This document shows positions 9,405-17,784 of a stretch of 36,919 nucleotides of DNA, in pieces (position 1 is the first letter of the stretch; every line of letters begins with the position of its first letter). The translations under genes were made by a program, and so were the position numbers. The notes beneath the pieces are model-generated. The model ran no database searches and was not told the origin of the DNA. It saw nothing but the letters and a program-made list of their open reading frames with translations. This DNA comes from Pseudomonadota bacterium (GTDB taxonomy: Bacteria; Pseudomonadota; Alphaproteobacteria; HIMB59; GCA-002718135), in contig JAQBWI010000001.1 in assembly GCA_027625355.1 (NCBI GenBank), positions 1 to 36,919 on the forward strand, in the 5' to 3' direction.

Positions 9405-11090
9405 ATGAATGAAAAAATAGAATATAAAGTATTGGCAAGAAAATACAGGCCACAAACTTTTGCTGATTTAATAGGGCAAGAAACTTTGGTTCAAATTTTA
9501 ACTAATGCTATTATAACTAACAGAATTGCAAACGCATATCTCTTAACGGGAGTAAGAGGAGTTGGCAAAACAACCACTGCAAGATTAATTGCAATGAGCT
9601 TGAATTGTGAAAATAAGAAAGACGATAGTTGTGAACCATGTGGTACTTGTGATTCATGTAAATCAATTAGATCTGATCATAACTTAGATGTTATTGAAAT
9701 GGATGCAGCAAGTAAGACTGGTGTTGATGATGTTAGAGAAATTATTGATAATGTTAAGTATAAGCCAGTAAATTGTAAATTTAAAATTTTTATAATTGAT
9801 GAAGTGCATATGCTCTCAAAGAGTGCCTTTAATGCATTGCTTAAAACTTTAGAGGAGCCGCCAGAGCATGTGAAATTTATTTTTGCTACTACTGAAGTCA
9901 AAAAAATTCCTGTTACAATTTTATCAAGATGCCAAAGATTTGATCTCAAAAGAGTAGAATCTAGAGATTTAATTGAACATCTTAAAAAAATTTCACAATT
10001 AGAAAAAGTGAAAATTGATGAAGATGCAGTTTCTCTATTGGTGAGGGCAGGTGATGGTTCTGTCAGGGACTCATTAAGTTTACTTGATCAAGCTATTATT
10101 AATACTGATACTAAAGTCAGCGCCGAAACAGTTGCAAGGATGTTAGGATTAGCTGATAGAGGAAAAATTTATGATCTTCTAGGGCATATAGCAAAAGGTC
10201 AGGCTAGTGAATCATTAGATTTATTTAGGAACCTATATAACTCTGGAGCTGATATTTTGATGATTTTTGAAGAACTATTAAATGTCATACATTCTATTAC
10301 TCAAATCAAAATTTCACCAGATATAAAAAATGACATTTCAATTCCTGAATTAGAAAGAGTTAAAGGAAGTGAGTTTGCAACTCAATTAACAATGAATTCT
10401 CTTAGTGTAATGTGGCAAGTATTATTTAAAGGCTTTCAAGAATTACAAAATGGTTTTCACCTCTTTCAACATGGAGAGATGATAATTGTAAGACTTATTT
10501 TTATTAATAATAACCCTCAACCAGAAGAACCAAATAAAAAAAGTTTTCAAAAAAAGATTGATCAACCTAAATTAGAAATATCAGATAATTTAGTAAAAAA
10601 AAAAATTGATTTAGAAGGTACCACAAGTAATATTAAATCAACTGCTAAAAAGGAACCTATAATAACTACTGCGATACAAATTTCTAACTTTAGACAATTT
10701 GTTGATTATTTTTATATGAAGAGAGAGGCATTACTTCATGCTCAGTTGTATAATTCTGTAAAATTAATTTCATTTAAGGAAGGGGAGGTCATAATCAATA
10801 CTTCTGCTATAAGAGACCCACACTTCAATAGGAATGTCGCAAAATTTATTTCAAAGTGGACAGGTAGAATTTGGCAAATTCATTCTTCGGATAGCAATGT
10901 TGGCAGTTCTCTTAGCGAAGAAGATGTTGTTAATCAACAAAATGAAATTAAAGTTATGAAAAATCATCCTGAAATAAAAAAAATACTAGAGGCTCTTCCA
11001 GGTTTGAGTATTCATTCTATTACTGATATTACGGATACGGTTGATGAAACAATTGATGAAACTAATTCTGAAAAGCAAAAGGAGATATAA
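9405..11090 (+). CDS. dnaX: DNA polymerase III subunit tau (gamma/tau)
   Basis: Walker [14 protein letters not shown], zinc module [27 protein letters not shown], and sensor SRCQRF. It is 561 aa with a tau-specific C-terminal region. Confidence 0.95.
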   Translation: MNEKIEYKVLARKYRPQTFADLIGQETLVQILTNAIITNRIANAYLLTGVRGVGKTTTARLIAMSLNCENKKDDSCEPCGTCDSCKSIRSDHNLDVIEMDAASKTGVDDVREIIDNVKYKPVNCKFKIFIIDEVHMLSKSAFNALLKTLEEPPEHVKFIFATTEVKKIPVTILSRCQRFDLKRVESRDLIEHLKKISQLEKVKIDEDAVSLLVRAGDGSVRDSLSLLDQAIINTDTKVSAETVARMLGLADRGKIYDLLGHIAKGQASESLDLFRNLYNSGADILMIFEELLNVIHSITQIKISPDIKNDISIPELERVKGSEFATQLTMNSLSVMWQVLFKGFQELQNGFHLFQHGEMIIVRLIFINNNPQPEEPNKKSFQKKIDQPKLEISDNLVKKKIDLEGTTSNIKSTAKKEPIITTAIQISNFRQFVDYFYMKREALLHAQLYNSVKLISFKEGEVIINTSAIRDPHFNRNVAKFISKWTGRIWQIHSSDSNVGSSLSEEDVVNQQNEIKVMKNHPEIKKILEALPGLSIHSITDITDTVDETIDETNSEKQKEI

Positions 11091-11413
11091 TGGTAAATAT
11101 AGGTAATATGATGAAGCAAGCTCAGCAGCTTCAAAAAAAAATGGCAGATGCACAAGAAAAACTTAATGCTATTGAAGTTGAAGGTGTGTCAGGAGGAGGA
11201 CTGGTAAAAGTTGTTGCTACTGCAAAAGGTGAAGTAAAGAGAATAGACCTTGATGAAAGTTTACTGAAACCTGAAGACAAAGAAATAACAGAAGATTTAA
11301 TTGTGGCAGCTATTAATGATGCTAAACAAAAAGGAGAGGTGGCAGCGCAAGAAGAAATGAAATCTGTTACTGGTGGATTGCCATTGCCCCCAGGAATGAA
11401 ATTACCTTTTTAA
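11090..11413 (+). CDS. ybaB: Nucleoid-associated protein YbaB/EbfC
   Basis: A 107-aa protein with [12 protein letters not shown]...[21 protein letters not shown], in the conserved dnaX-ybaB-recR order. Confidence 0.9.
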   Translation: MVNIGNMMKQAQQLQKKMADAQEKLNAIEVEGVSGGGLVKVVATAKGEVKRIDLDESLLKPEDKEITEDLIVAAINDAKQKGEVAAQEEMKSVTGGLPLPPGMKLPF

Positions 11414-11416
11414 GTA

Positions 11417-12016
11417 ATGGACGGATCAGCTATAGAAAAATTAATAACTGATATTTCTAAATTACCAGGTTTAGGAAGAAGATCTTCTCAACGAATTGCC
11501 CTATATCTTTTAAAAAATAAGGATCGGTCGTTATTACCCCTAATACAAACTTTAGAGTCCTCTCATAAACTAATTAGTGAATGTTCTAATTGTGGAAATG
11601 TTGATATGACTAATCCTTGCAATATTTGTTCAAACTCTAATAGAGATAAAAAATCAATTTGTATTATTGAAGATGTTGCCGATTTGTGGACATTTGAGCG
11701 AACAGGTTTTTATAGAGGTTTATACCATGTCCTAGGAGGATCCTTATCAGCAATAAATGGTATTGGCACAGAAGAACTTACAATAACTAAACTCTTAAAG
11801 AGAATTGAACAAAATGAAATTACAGAAGTAATATTAGCATTAAGTACAACGATGGAAGGACAAACAACAACCCATGTCATCGCAGATAAATTAGAAATCT
11901 TTAAAGATTTAACAGTAACGCGATTAGCGCAAGGAATACCAATTGGAGGAGAGGTGCATTATTTAGATGAGAATACTCTCAATACTGCTTTTCAATCTAG
12001 AAAAAAAATAGTTTAG
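11417..12016 (+). CDS. recR: Recombination protein RecR
   Basis: Helix-hairpin-helix start (LPGLGRRSSQRIA), C4 zinc finger CSNCGN...CNICSN, and Toprim IIEDVADLWTFERTG. Confidence 0.95.
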   Translation: MDGSAIEKLITDISKLPGLGRRSSQRIALYLLKNKDRSLLPLIQTLESSHKLISECSNCGNVDMTNPCNICSNSNRDKKSICIIEDVADLWTFERTGFYRGLYHVLGGSLSAINGIGTEELTITKLLKRIEQNEITEVILALSTTMEGQTTTHVIADKLEIFKDLTVTRLAQGIPIGGEVHYLDENTLNTAFQSRKKIV

Positions 12017-12024
12017 TTATTTTT

Positions 12025-12531
12025 ATGGAAATATTATTAGTTCCACATCCTGTTTTACGTCAAAAAGCTAATAAACTAAAAATTATTTCTAAAGAAGATA
12101 TTAACATTGCTAATCATATGATGGAAGCAATGATCAAGGCTCCAGGAGTGGGACTAGCAGCAAATCAAGTCGGGATTTTAAAGCAAATTGTTACAATCAA
12201 TTTTGAAGATAAAGAAAATAACAAAAAAGTTAACTATATTTTATTTAACCCTTCAATTATTCAATATTCTGAAGAAACGGTTGTAATGGAAGAGGGGTGC
12301 TTATCATTACCAGAGCAATATGCGGAGGTAGAGCGACCAAAAGAAATTATTTTAGAATACATCAATGAAAATGAAAAAATAATAAAGAAGCAAATAGATG
12401 GCTTTGAGGCAAGAATTTTACAACATGAAATCGATCATTTGTCAGGGAAATTATTTGTCGATTATTTATCTTCTCTGAAAAGAAACATGTTAATAAAAAA
12501 AGTTAAAAAATTACAACATTTAAAAAAATAA
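12025..12531 (+). CDS. def: Peptide deformylase
   Basis: All three signature motifs are present: GVGLAANQVG, EGCLS and HEIDHL. Confidence 0.95.
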   Translation: MEILLVPHPVLRQKANKLKIISKEDINIANHMMEAMIKAPGVGLAANQVGILKQIVTINFEDKENNKKVNYILFNPSIIQYSEETVVMEEGCLSLPEQYAEVERPKEIILEYINENEKIIKKQIDGFEARILQHEIDHLSGKLFVDYLSSLKRNMLIKKVKKLQHLKK

Positions 12532-13455
12532 ATGAAAGATAAAAAAATTATTTTTATGGGCACACCTGATATTGCTGCTCAACATTTAAATATTTTAATT
12601 GAAAATAATTTAAATATAGTTGGTGTTTTTACACAGCCTCCAAGAAAAAAAAATAGAGGAATGCGTATTGAAAAAAGTGATGTACACCAAATTGCAGAAA
12701 AAAATAACATAGCAGTTTTTCATCCTACTTCAATTGACGATACAGCAATAGAACAGGTTAAAAGTTTAGAGCCTGATTTAATTATTGTTATTGCCTATGG
12801 ATTAATCTTACCTTCAAAATTTTTAAATATCTCAAAATATGGATGTATTAATATCCACGTATCTTTATTGCCTAGATGGAGGGGGGCAGCCCCTATAGAG
12901 CATGCCTTATTGGCAGGTGATGAGAAAACAGGAATTAGTGTAATTAGCATCTCCCCTAAGCTTGATGCAGGGGATATTCTCATGCAAGAGAGTTTTGCAA
13001 TTGATAAAGATATAAATAGTGATGATTTAACTATAAATCTTACTAATCTTGGCAAAAAAACCCTAATGGAAACTCTACCACTTTTATTTGAAAATAAACT
13101 AATTAGAAAAAAACAAGATGAAAACAAAGTTACGTATGCAAATAAATTTATATCTGAAGATAGAAAAATTAATTTTTATAATTCATCTGATGATGTTTAT
13201 AACCACATACGTGCGCACGGACCAAAGCCAGGGTCATGGTTTACTTATAGAGGAGAGAGAATAAAAATTATAAAGGCAAAAAAAATTAATGAATTAGGAG
13301 AAAGTTCAACAATTTTAAATAAAGATTTTATGATTGCTTGTAAAGATGGAGCTATTCTGCCCTTACTTATTCAACGAGAAGGAAAAAAAGTAGTTAGACT
13401 AGAAGATTTTTTACGTGGTTTTATTTTTTCAATTCAAGATAAATTAAATGCATAA
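12532..13455 (+). CDS. fmt: Methionyl-tRNA formyltransferase
   Basis: IFMGTPDIAA and NIHVSLLPRWRGAAPIEHA. Its ATG directly follows the def stop. Confidence 0.95.
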   Translation: MKDKKIIFMGTPDIAAQHLNILIENNLNIVGVFTQPPRKKNRGMRIEKSDVHQIAEKNNIAVFHPTSIDDTAIEQVKSLEPDLIIVIAYGLILPSKFLNISKYGCINIHVSLLPRWRGAAPIEHALLAGDEKTGISVISISPKLDAGDILMQESFAIDKDINSDDLTINLTNLGKKTLMETLPLLFENKLIRKKQDENKVTYANKFISEDRKINFYNSSDDVYNHIRAHGPKPGSWFTYRGERIKIIKAKKINELGESSTILNKDFMIACKDGAILPLLIQREGKKVVRLEDFLRGFIFSIQDKLNA

Positions 13456-14182
13456 TTATAAAATTGTGATTGAGTATGATGGCACAAATTTTGTTGGTTG
13501 GCAGCAACAAGAAAATGGACAATCTATTCAAAGCGCTCTTCAAGAGGCTTTAATCAAACTATCAAATGAAAAAGTAACAATTTTTGGAGCTGGGAGAACA
13601 GATGCAGGTGTGCATGCTTATGGTCAAGTAGCTTCTTTTACTCTAAGTAAAAAAATTGAAACAGATGTAATTAGAGATGGGCTAAATCAGCATTTAAGAC
13701 CTCAGCCTATAGCAATTCAAAAAGCGGAATTAGTTGAGGATGATTTTCATGCAAGATTTTCTGCAAAAAAAAGATGGTATGAATATAAGATTATTAATAG
13801 AAGACCTCCTTTAACAATCGATGTAAATCGTGCTTGGTGTGTTTACAAGAATTTGGATATTGAAAAAATGAAAAGTGAGTCATTTTCTTTTTTAGGAAAA
13901 CATGATTTGAATGCATTTCGTTCTGCACATTGCCAATCTAAAAATAGTATTAAAACAATTGATAGTGTTTCTATTGATAACAAAGATGAGCAGATTATCA
14001 TTGAGATAAGTGCAAAATCTTTTTTACATTCGCAAGTAAGAATAATGGTTGGCACATTAGTTGATATTGCTAAAGGTAATATTAATAAAACAATTATAGA
14101 TATAATTAATTCCAAGAATAGAGAGGTAGCTGGTCAAACTGCCCCAGCAAATGGTTTGTACTTAAAAAAAATTGATTACTAA
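13448..14182 (+). CDS. truA: tRNA pseudouridine(38-40) synthase
   Basis: IEYDGTNFVGWQ and the catalytic GAGRTDAGVHA. It is 244 aa. Confidence 0.9.
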   Translation: MHNYKIVIEYDGTNFVGWQQQENGQSIQSALQEALIKLSNEKVTIFGAGRTDAGVHAYGQVASFTLSKKIETDVIRDGLNQHLRPQPIAIQKAELVEDDFHARFSAKKRWYEYKIINRRPPLTIDVNRAWCVYKNLDIEKMKSESFSFLGKHDLNAFRSAHCQSKNSIKTIDSVSIDNKDEQIIIEISAKSFLHSQVRIMVGTLVDIAKGNINKTIIDIINSKNREVAGQTAPANGLYLKKIDY

Positions 14183-14195
14183 TCTGATAATTATT

Positions 14196-14468
14196 TTAAT
14201 TATTACGGGACTCTAATAATTTCTTTTTAATTAAAGATAATCCAGTTTCTTTTTTTGATTTATAGGACTCATTAAAAGCTTCTAATTGCCATCCTTTAAG
14301 ACGGCCTTTTAGTTCTTCAATATTATTTAATTTCCATTCGTTTGTGGTATTTTCATCTTTCCAAGTTCTCTTATCATCGCTAGATCTTCCACATCCGTAG
14401 CAATAACCACTAACAGGGTCAGTTTTGCAGACACTAATACAAGGGGATACAATATTTTCTTCGTTCAT
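14196..14468 (-). CDS. DUF1289 domain-containing small cysteine-rich protein
   Basis: SPCISVCKTDPVSGYCYGCGRSSDDKRTW matches the DUF1289 C-x3-C...C-x2-C pattern. It is 90 aa. Confidence 0.7.
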   Translation of the reverse strand: MNEENIVSPCISVCKTDPVSGYCYGCGRSSDDKRTWKDENTTNEWKLNNIEELKGRLKGWQLEAFNESYKSKKETGLSLIKKKLLESRNN

Positions 14469-14519
14469 ACTTAATTAAATATATTTTTTTCTCATCAATT
14501 CAAATAAAATACAAAATTA

Positions 14520-15485
14520 ATGTCAGATTTTAATTATTCAAATATTGAAACCGCTTATGAAAAAATTAAGCATTTGCTTGTTAAGACTCCATTAATATCA
14601 AATGACTACATAAATCAATTATTGGAAGCAAAAATTTATTTTAAGTTAGAAAATTTACAAAAAACAGGATCATTTAAACATCGAGGAGCTACTTATAAAA
14701 TCAGCAAACTTTCTAAAGAGCAAAAATTAAAAGGCCTTGTTGCATACTCTTCTGGTAATCATGCGCAAGCTGTAGCTTATGCTGCATTACAAAATAACAT
14801 TAGCGCCAAAATTATTATGCCGAATAATGCACCAAAAATTAAAATTGAAAATACTCGCAAATATAAAGCAGAAGTTATTTTGTATGATCCCCAAAAAGAA
14901 ATAAGAGAAGAAATAGGAAACGAGATTGAGAAGAAAGAAAACAGAATACTTATAAAACCTTATGACGATTATGATATCATAGCTGGACAAGGGACGGCAG
15001 GATATGAAATTACTAAGGATTTAGAGAATTTATCTATTACACCAGATATCTATTTATGTTGTTGTGGAGGTGGAGGTCTAGTAGCAGGTACATCAACTTA
15101 TTTGAAATATAAATATCCTAATCTTACATCATATGCCGTAGAGCCATATGGTTTTGATGATACAAAAATTTCACTCTTTAATAAAAAAATAACTGCAAAT
15201 AAACCTGGATTTCAATCTATCTGTGACGCTATTATTACACCTCAACCAGGACAATTAACTTTTCCAATAAATCTTACAACTTTATCAGGAGGAATTGTTG
15301 TAGAAGACCAAGAAGTAAAAAATTCTATTAAAATTTTAGCTGAACATTTAAAAATTGTTGTGGAGCCTGGAGGTGCTGTTGCAGCTAGTGCTGCGTTATC
15401 TAAAAAAATAGATTTAAAAAATAAAATTGTTGTTGTTATGATTTCTGGAGGAAATATCGATCTAGATATATTTAGAAGTTTATGA
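14520..15485 (+). CDS. PLP-dependent serine/threonine dehydratase family enzyme (tryptophan-synthase-beta fold) without a regulatory domain
   Basis: PLP-lysine motif GSFKHRGA and glycine loop CCCGGGGLVAGT. At 321 aa it lacks the C-terminal ACT-like domain of biosynthetic IlvA. It could be a catabolic Thr/Ser dehydratase, a hydroxyaspartate dehydratase or a racemase-like enzyme. Confidence 0.75.
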   Translation: MSDFNYSNIETAYEKIKHLLVKTPLISNDYINQLLEAKIYFKLENLQKTGSFKHRGATYKISKLSKEQKLKGLVAYSSGNHAQAVAYAALQNNISAKIIMPNNAPKIKIENTRKYKAEVILYDPQKEIREEIGNEIEKKENRILIKPYDDYDIIAGQGTAGYEITKDLENLSITPDIYLCCCGGGGLVAGTSTYLKYKYPNLTSYAVEPYGFDDTKISLFNKKITANKPGFQSICDAIITPQPGQLTFPINLTTLSGGIVVEDQEVKNSIKILAEHLKIVVEPGGAVAASAALSKKIDLKNKIVVVMISGGNIDLDIFRSL

Positions 15486-17242
15486 AAAATTTTAAAATTG
15501 CAAAAATTCAACAAAAATTAAAAGATAAGGAAATAGACTCTTTAATTATTAATCGAACAGATGAATTTTTAAATGAATATATCCCTCCTGATGCAGAGAG
15601 GTTGTATTGGGCTACTAATTTTTCAGGTTCTGCGGGGAGAGCAATAATTTGTCAAAATACATCTAATTTATTTGTAGATGGCCGGTATACTTTTCAGGCT
15701 AAAGAACAAATAGATGAAAATGCTATTTCCTTATTACATTGGAACGATTTTTCTTCAGAATTAAGTAAACATTTTGATAAAAATAAATGTGTTGCTTTAG
15801 ATCCAATGCTTCATTCTATCGAAGAGGTAAATAAAATTGTTGAGCTAGCCAAAGAGAAAGAAACAAAATTATATTTTACCTCACCTAATTTAATAGATGA
15901 ACTTTGGGAAGATAAACCCGAACGAAAATATAGTATAATTTTTAACCATCCAATTAAATATGCTGGAATTGACGCATCAATCAAAGTTGACCAATTAGTT
16001 AATGAGCTAAAAAATAATAATTTAGATAGTTGTTTCTTATCAAGTCTTGACTCTATTGCTTGGTTATTAAATATCAGAGCAGATGACATTTTGCATACCC
16101 CTCTTGCATTTTCTTATTTATTTATTTCAGCTGAAAGTAAACCTGTTTTATATCTTTCTATTGAAAAATTAAATACTGATTTAAAAAATAGACTTAGTAA
16201 TTTTTTGATTTTAAAACCCATTGAAGAAATTGTACATGTTTTTAAAAACTTAACTAAAAATATTAAAATTGGTTTTGATTATAAAAATACATCTTATTTT
16301 TTTTATCATCTAGCTTTAAATAATAATCTTATACCTGCAAATTTACAAAATCCTTGCTTAATTCCTAAAGCAACTAAAAATGAAATTGAGCTTGAGGGGT
16401 CTAGAAATGCTCATCTTAGAGATGGTGGAAGCATTACAAAATTTTTATATTGGTTAAAAAACCATCATAGTATCGAAGAAGAAAATGAGATCTCTGTTGC
16501 CAATAAACTATTATCTTTTAGAGAGCCAAACGAGTTATTTCATTCAGTCTCTTTTGATACTATATCCGCTATTGGTAAAAATGCTGCTCTTCCTCATTAC
16601 CGTGCAGATAAAAATAACCCAGTATCACTCAAAAATAATTCTATTTATTTATCTGACTCAGGGGGGCAGTATTATGATGGAACAACTGATATTACTCGCA
16701 CAATCATATTAGGAAAACCAAATAAAGAGCAAATAGACAGATTTACAAGAGTTTTAAAGGGCCATATCAATCTCTCAACCCATATCTTTCCTAAGGGTAC
16801 CAAGGGAACAGATATTGATCATTTAGCAAGAGAGAGTTTGCAGGAAATAAATTGTGATTATGATCATGGAACCGGTCATGGAATTGGAAGTTTTTTAAGT
16901 GTTCACGAGGCGCCTCAACGCATCTCCAAAAAGAGCATGTTTCCAAGCGTTGAATTATTACCAGGAATGATTTTATCTAATGAACCTGGCTATTATAAAG
17001 AGGGTGAATATGGCATACGTATTGAAAATATTATCGTTGTAGTTGAAGAAAAAGAAAATCAACTTAAATTTGAAAATATTTCGTGGGCACCCATAGATAG
17101 AGACCTTATAGATTCTAGTATGTTGAATGAAAAAGAATTAAATTGGATTAATGATTATCACCAGAGGGTATTTGAAAAATTATCAATATTTCTTACCCTA
17201 GAGGAGAAGAACTGGTTACAAAATGTAACTAAGCCCCTCTAA
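15482..17242 (+). CDS. pepP: Xaa-Pro aminopeptidase (aminopeptidase P family, M24B), long form
   Basis: Pita-bread metal ligands in context: DSGGQYYDGTTDITRT, HGTGHGIG, SNEPGYY and IRIEN. It is 586 aa with N-terminal creatinase-like domains and shares an ATGA overlap with the upstream gene. Confidence 0.85.
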   Translation: MKNFKIAKIQQKLKDKEIDSLIINRTDEFLNEYIPPDAERLYWATNFSGSAGRAIICQNTSNLFVDGRYTFQAKEQIDENAISLLHWNDFSSELSKHFDKNKCVALDPMLHSIEEVNKIVELAKEKETKLYFTSPNLIDELWEDKPERKYSIIFNHPIKYAGIDASIKVDQLVNELKNNNLDSCFLSSLDSIAWLLNIRADDILHTPLAFSYLFISAESKPVLYLSIEKLNTDLKNRLSNFLILKPIEEIVHVFKNLTKNIKIGFDYKNTSYFFYHLALNNNLIPANLQNPCLIPKATKNEIELEGSRNAHLRDGGSITKFLYWLKNHHSIEEENEISVANKLLSFREPNELFHSVSFDTISAIGKNAALPHYRADKNNPVSLKNNSIYLSDSGGQYYDGTTDITRTIILGKPNKEQIDRFTRVLKGHINLSTHIFPKGTKGTDIDHLARESLQEINCDYDHGTGHGIGSFLSVHEAPQRISKKSMFPSVELLPGMILSNEPGYYKEGEYGIRIENIIVVVEEKENQLKFENISWAPIDRDLIDSSMLNEKELNWINDYHQRVFEKLSIFLTLEEKNWLQNVTKPL

Positions 17243-17254
17243 CTCTGGTAATAT

Positions 17255-17416
17255 TTAAATATAGTATTGATTCGTTTTTTTATTTTGATCTAACTCACGG
17301 ATTCTTTGTTCTAAATCGTAAGTATTAGTTGATTGAGATAAGTATCTTTCAACTTGTTCCCGATCATAATCAAAAGTAAATGATCTAAAAAATTTGTTAA
17401 GCAGCTTTTTTATCAT
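17255..17416 (-). CDS. 53-aa hypothetical protein, DUF3563-like; not in the supplied ORF track
   Basis: My own translation is MIKKLLNKFFRSFTFDYDREQVERYLSQSTNTYDLEQRIRELDQNKKTNQYYI, running from ATG (17414-17416) to TAA (17255-17257). The N-terminus is paralogous to the adjacent upstream mini-ORF. The ERYLSQS...DLEQRIRELD segment resembles the DUF3563 signature as I remember it. Confidence 0.55.
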   Translation of the reverse strand: MIKKLLNKFFRSFTFDYDREQVERYLSQSTNTYDLEQRIRELDQNKKTNQYYI

Positions 17417-17579
17417 TATTTAGCTTTTTCTTATATAAATGTTCTGTCAAAGCTGATTGCCAGTCTTGACCATATTCAGTTTTAAAGTATTTAACTAGTT
17501 GTAGATCAACCTTATCAAAAGCATAATCGTTAATATTTTTGTAAGTGTGATCAAAAAAATTTAGTATATTTTTTATCAT
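17397..17579 (-). CDS. 60-aa hypothetical protein, paralogue of the downstream mini-ORF
   Basis: This is part of track ORF 17397..17642. I prefer the internal ATG at 17579 (MIKNILNFFDHTY...) for two reasons. It is preceded by AGGAAAGGA 5 nt upstream, and it mirrors the MIKKLLNKFF start of the neighbouring ORF. The ATG at 17642 remains possible. Confidence 0.5.
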   Translation of the reverse strand: MIKNILNFFDHTYKNINDYAFDKVDLQLVKYFKTEYGQDWQSALTEHLYKKKLNNDKKAA

Positions 17580-17784
17580 TTTATTCCTTTCCTGAAGTAT
17601 AAATAATGTTTTTGTTATGCAGTTAAAGCAATATATAATCATAAGTTATATGCAATTTATGCATATTTATACATTCATTAAATTAACCCATATAAAAAAG
17701 ATAAAGTAAAATTTATAAAAACTCTCACTTTTCTAAAATAAAACGTACACTTCATCTTCATTTCAAGATAGTTAACAATATTGA

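Noticed and set aside
17397-17416. The two mini-ORFs might be one gene broken by a frameshift (a pseudogene).
   Set aside because: The second ORF has its own ATG, and its first ~10 codons duplicate the first ORF's N-terminus at both protein and DNA level. That is expected for a tandem duplicate with overlapping stop and start, and not for a frameshifted single gene. This is not fully excluded without homologues.
17648-17666. A perfect 7-bp inverted repeat, ATATGCA-N5-TGCATAT, in the 205-nt spacer between the mini-ORFs and the GT4 gene; a possible operator.
   Set aside because: Arms of 7 bp made almost entirely of A/T are expected by chance in DNA of this composition. I found no second copy or flanking promoter logic.
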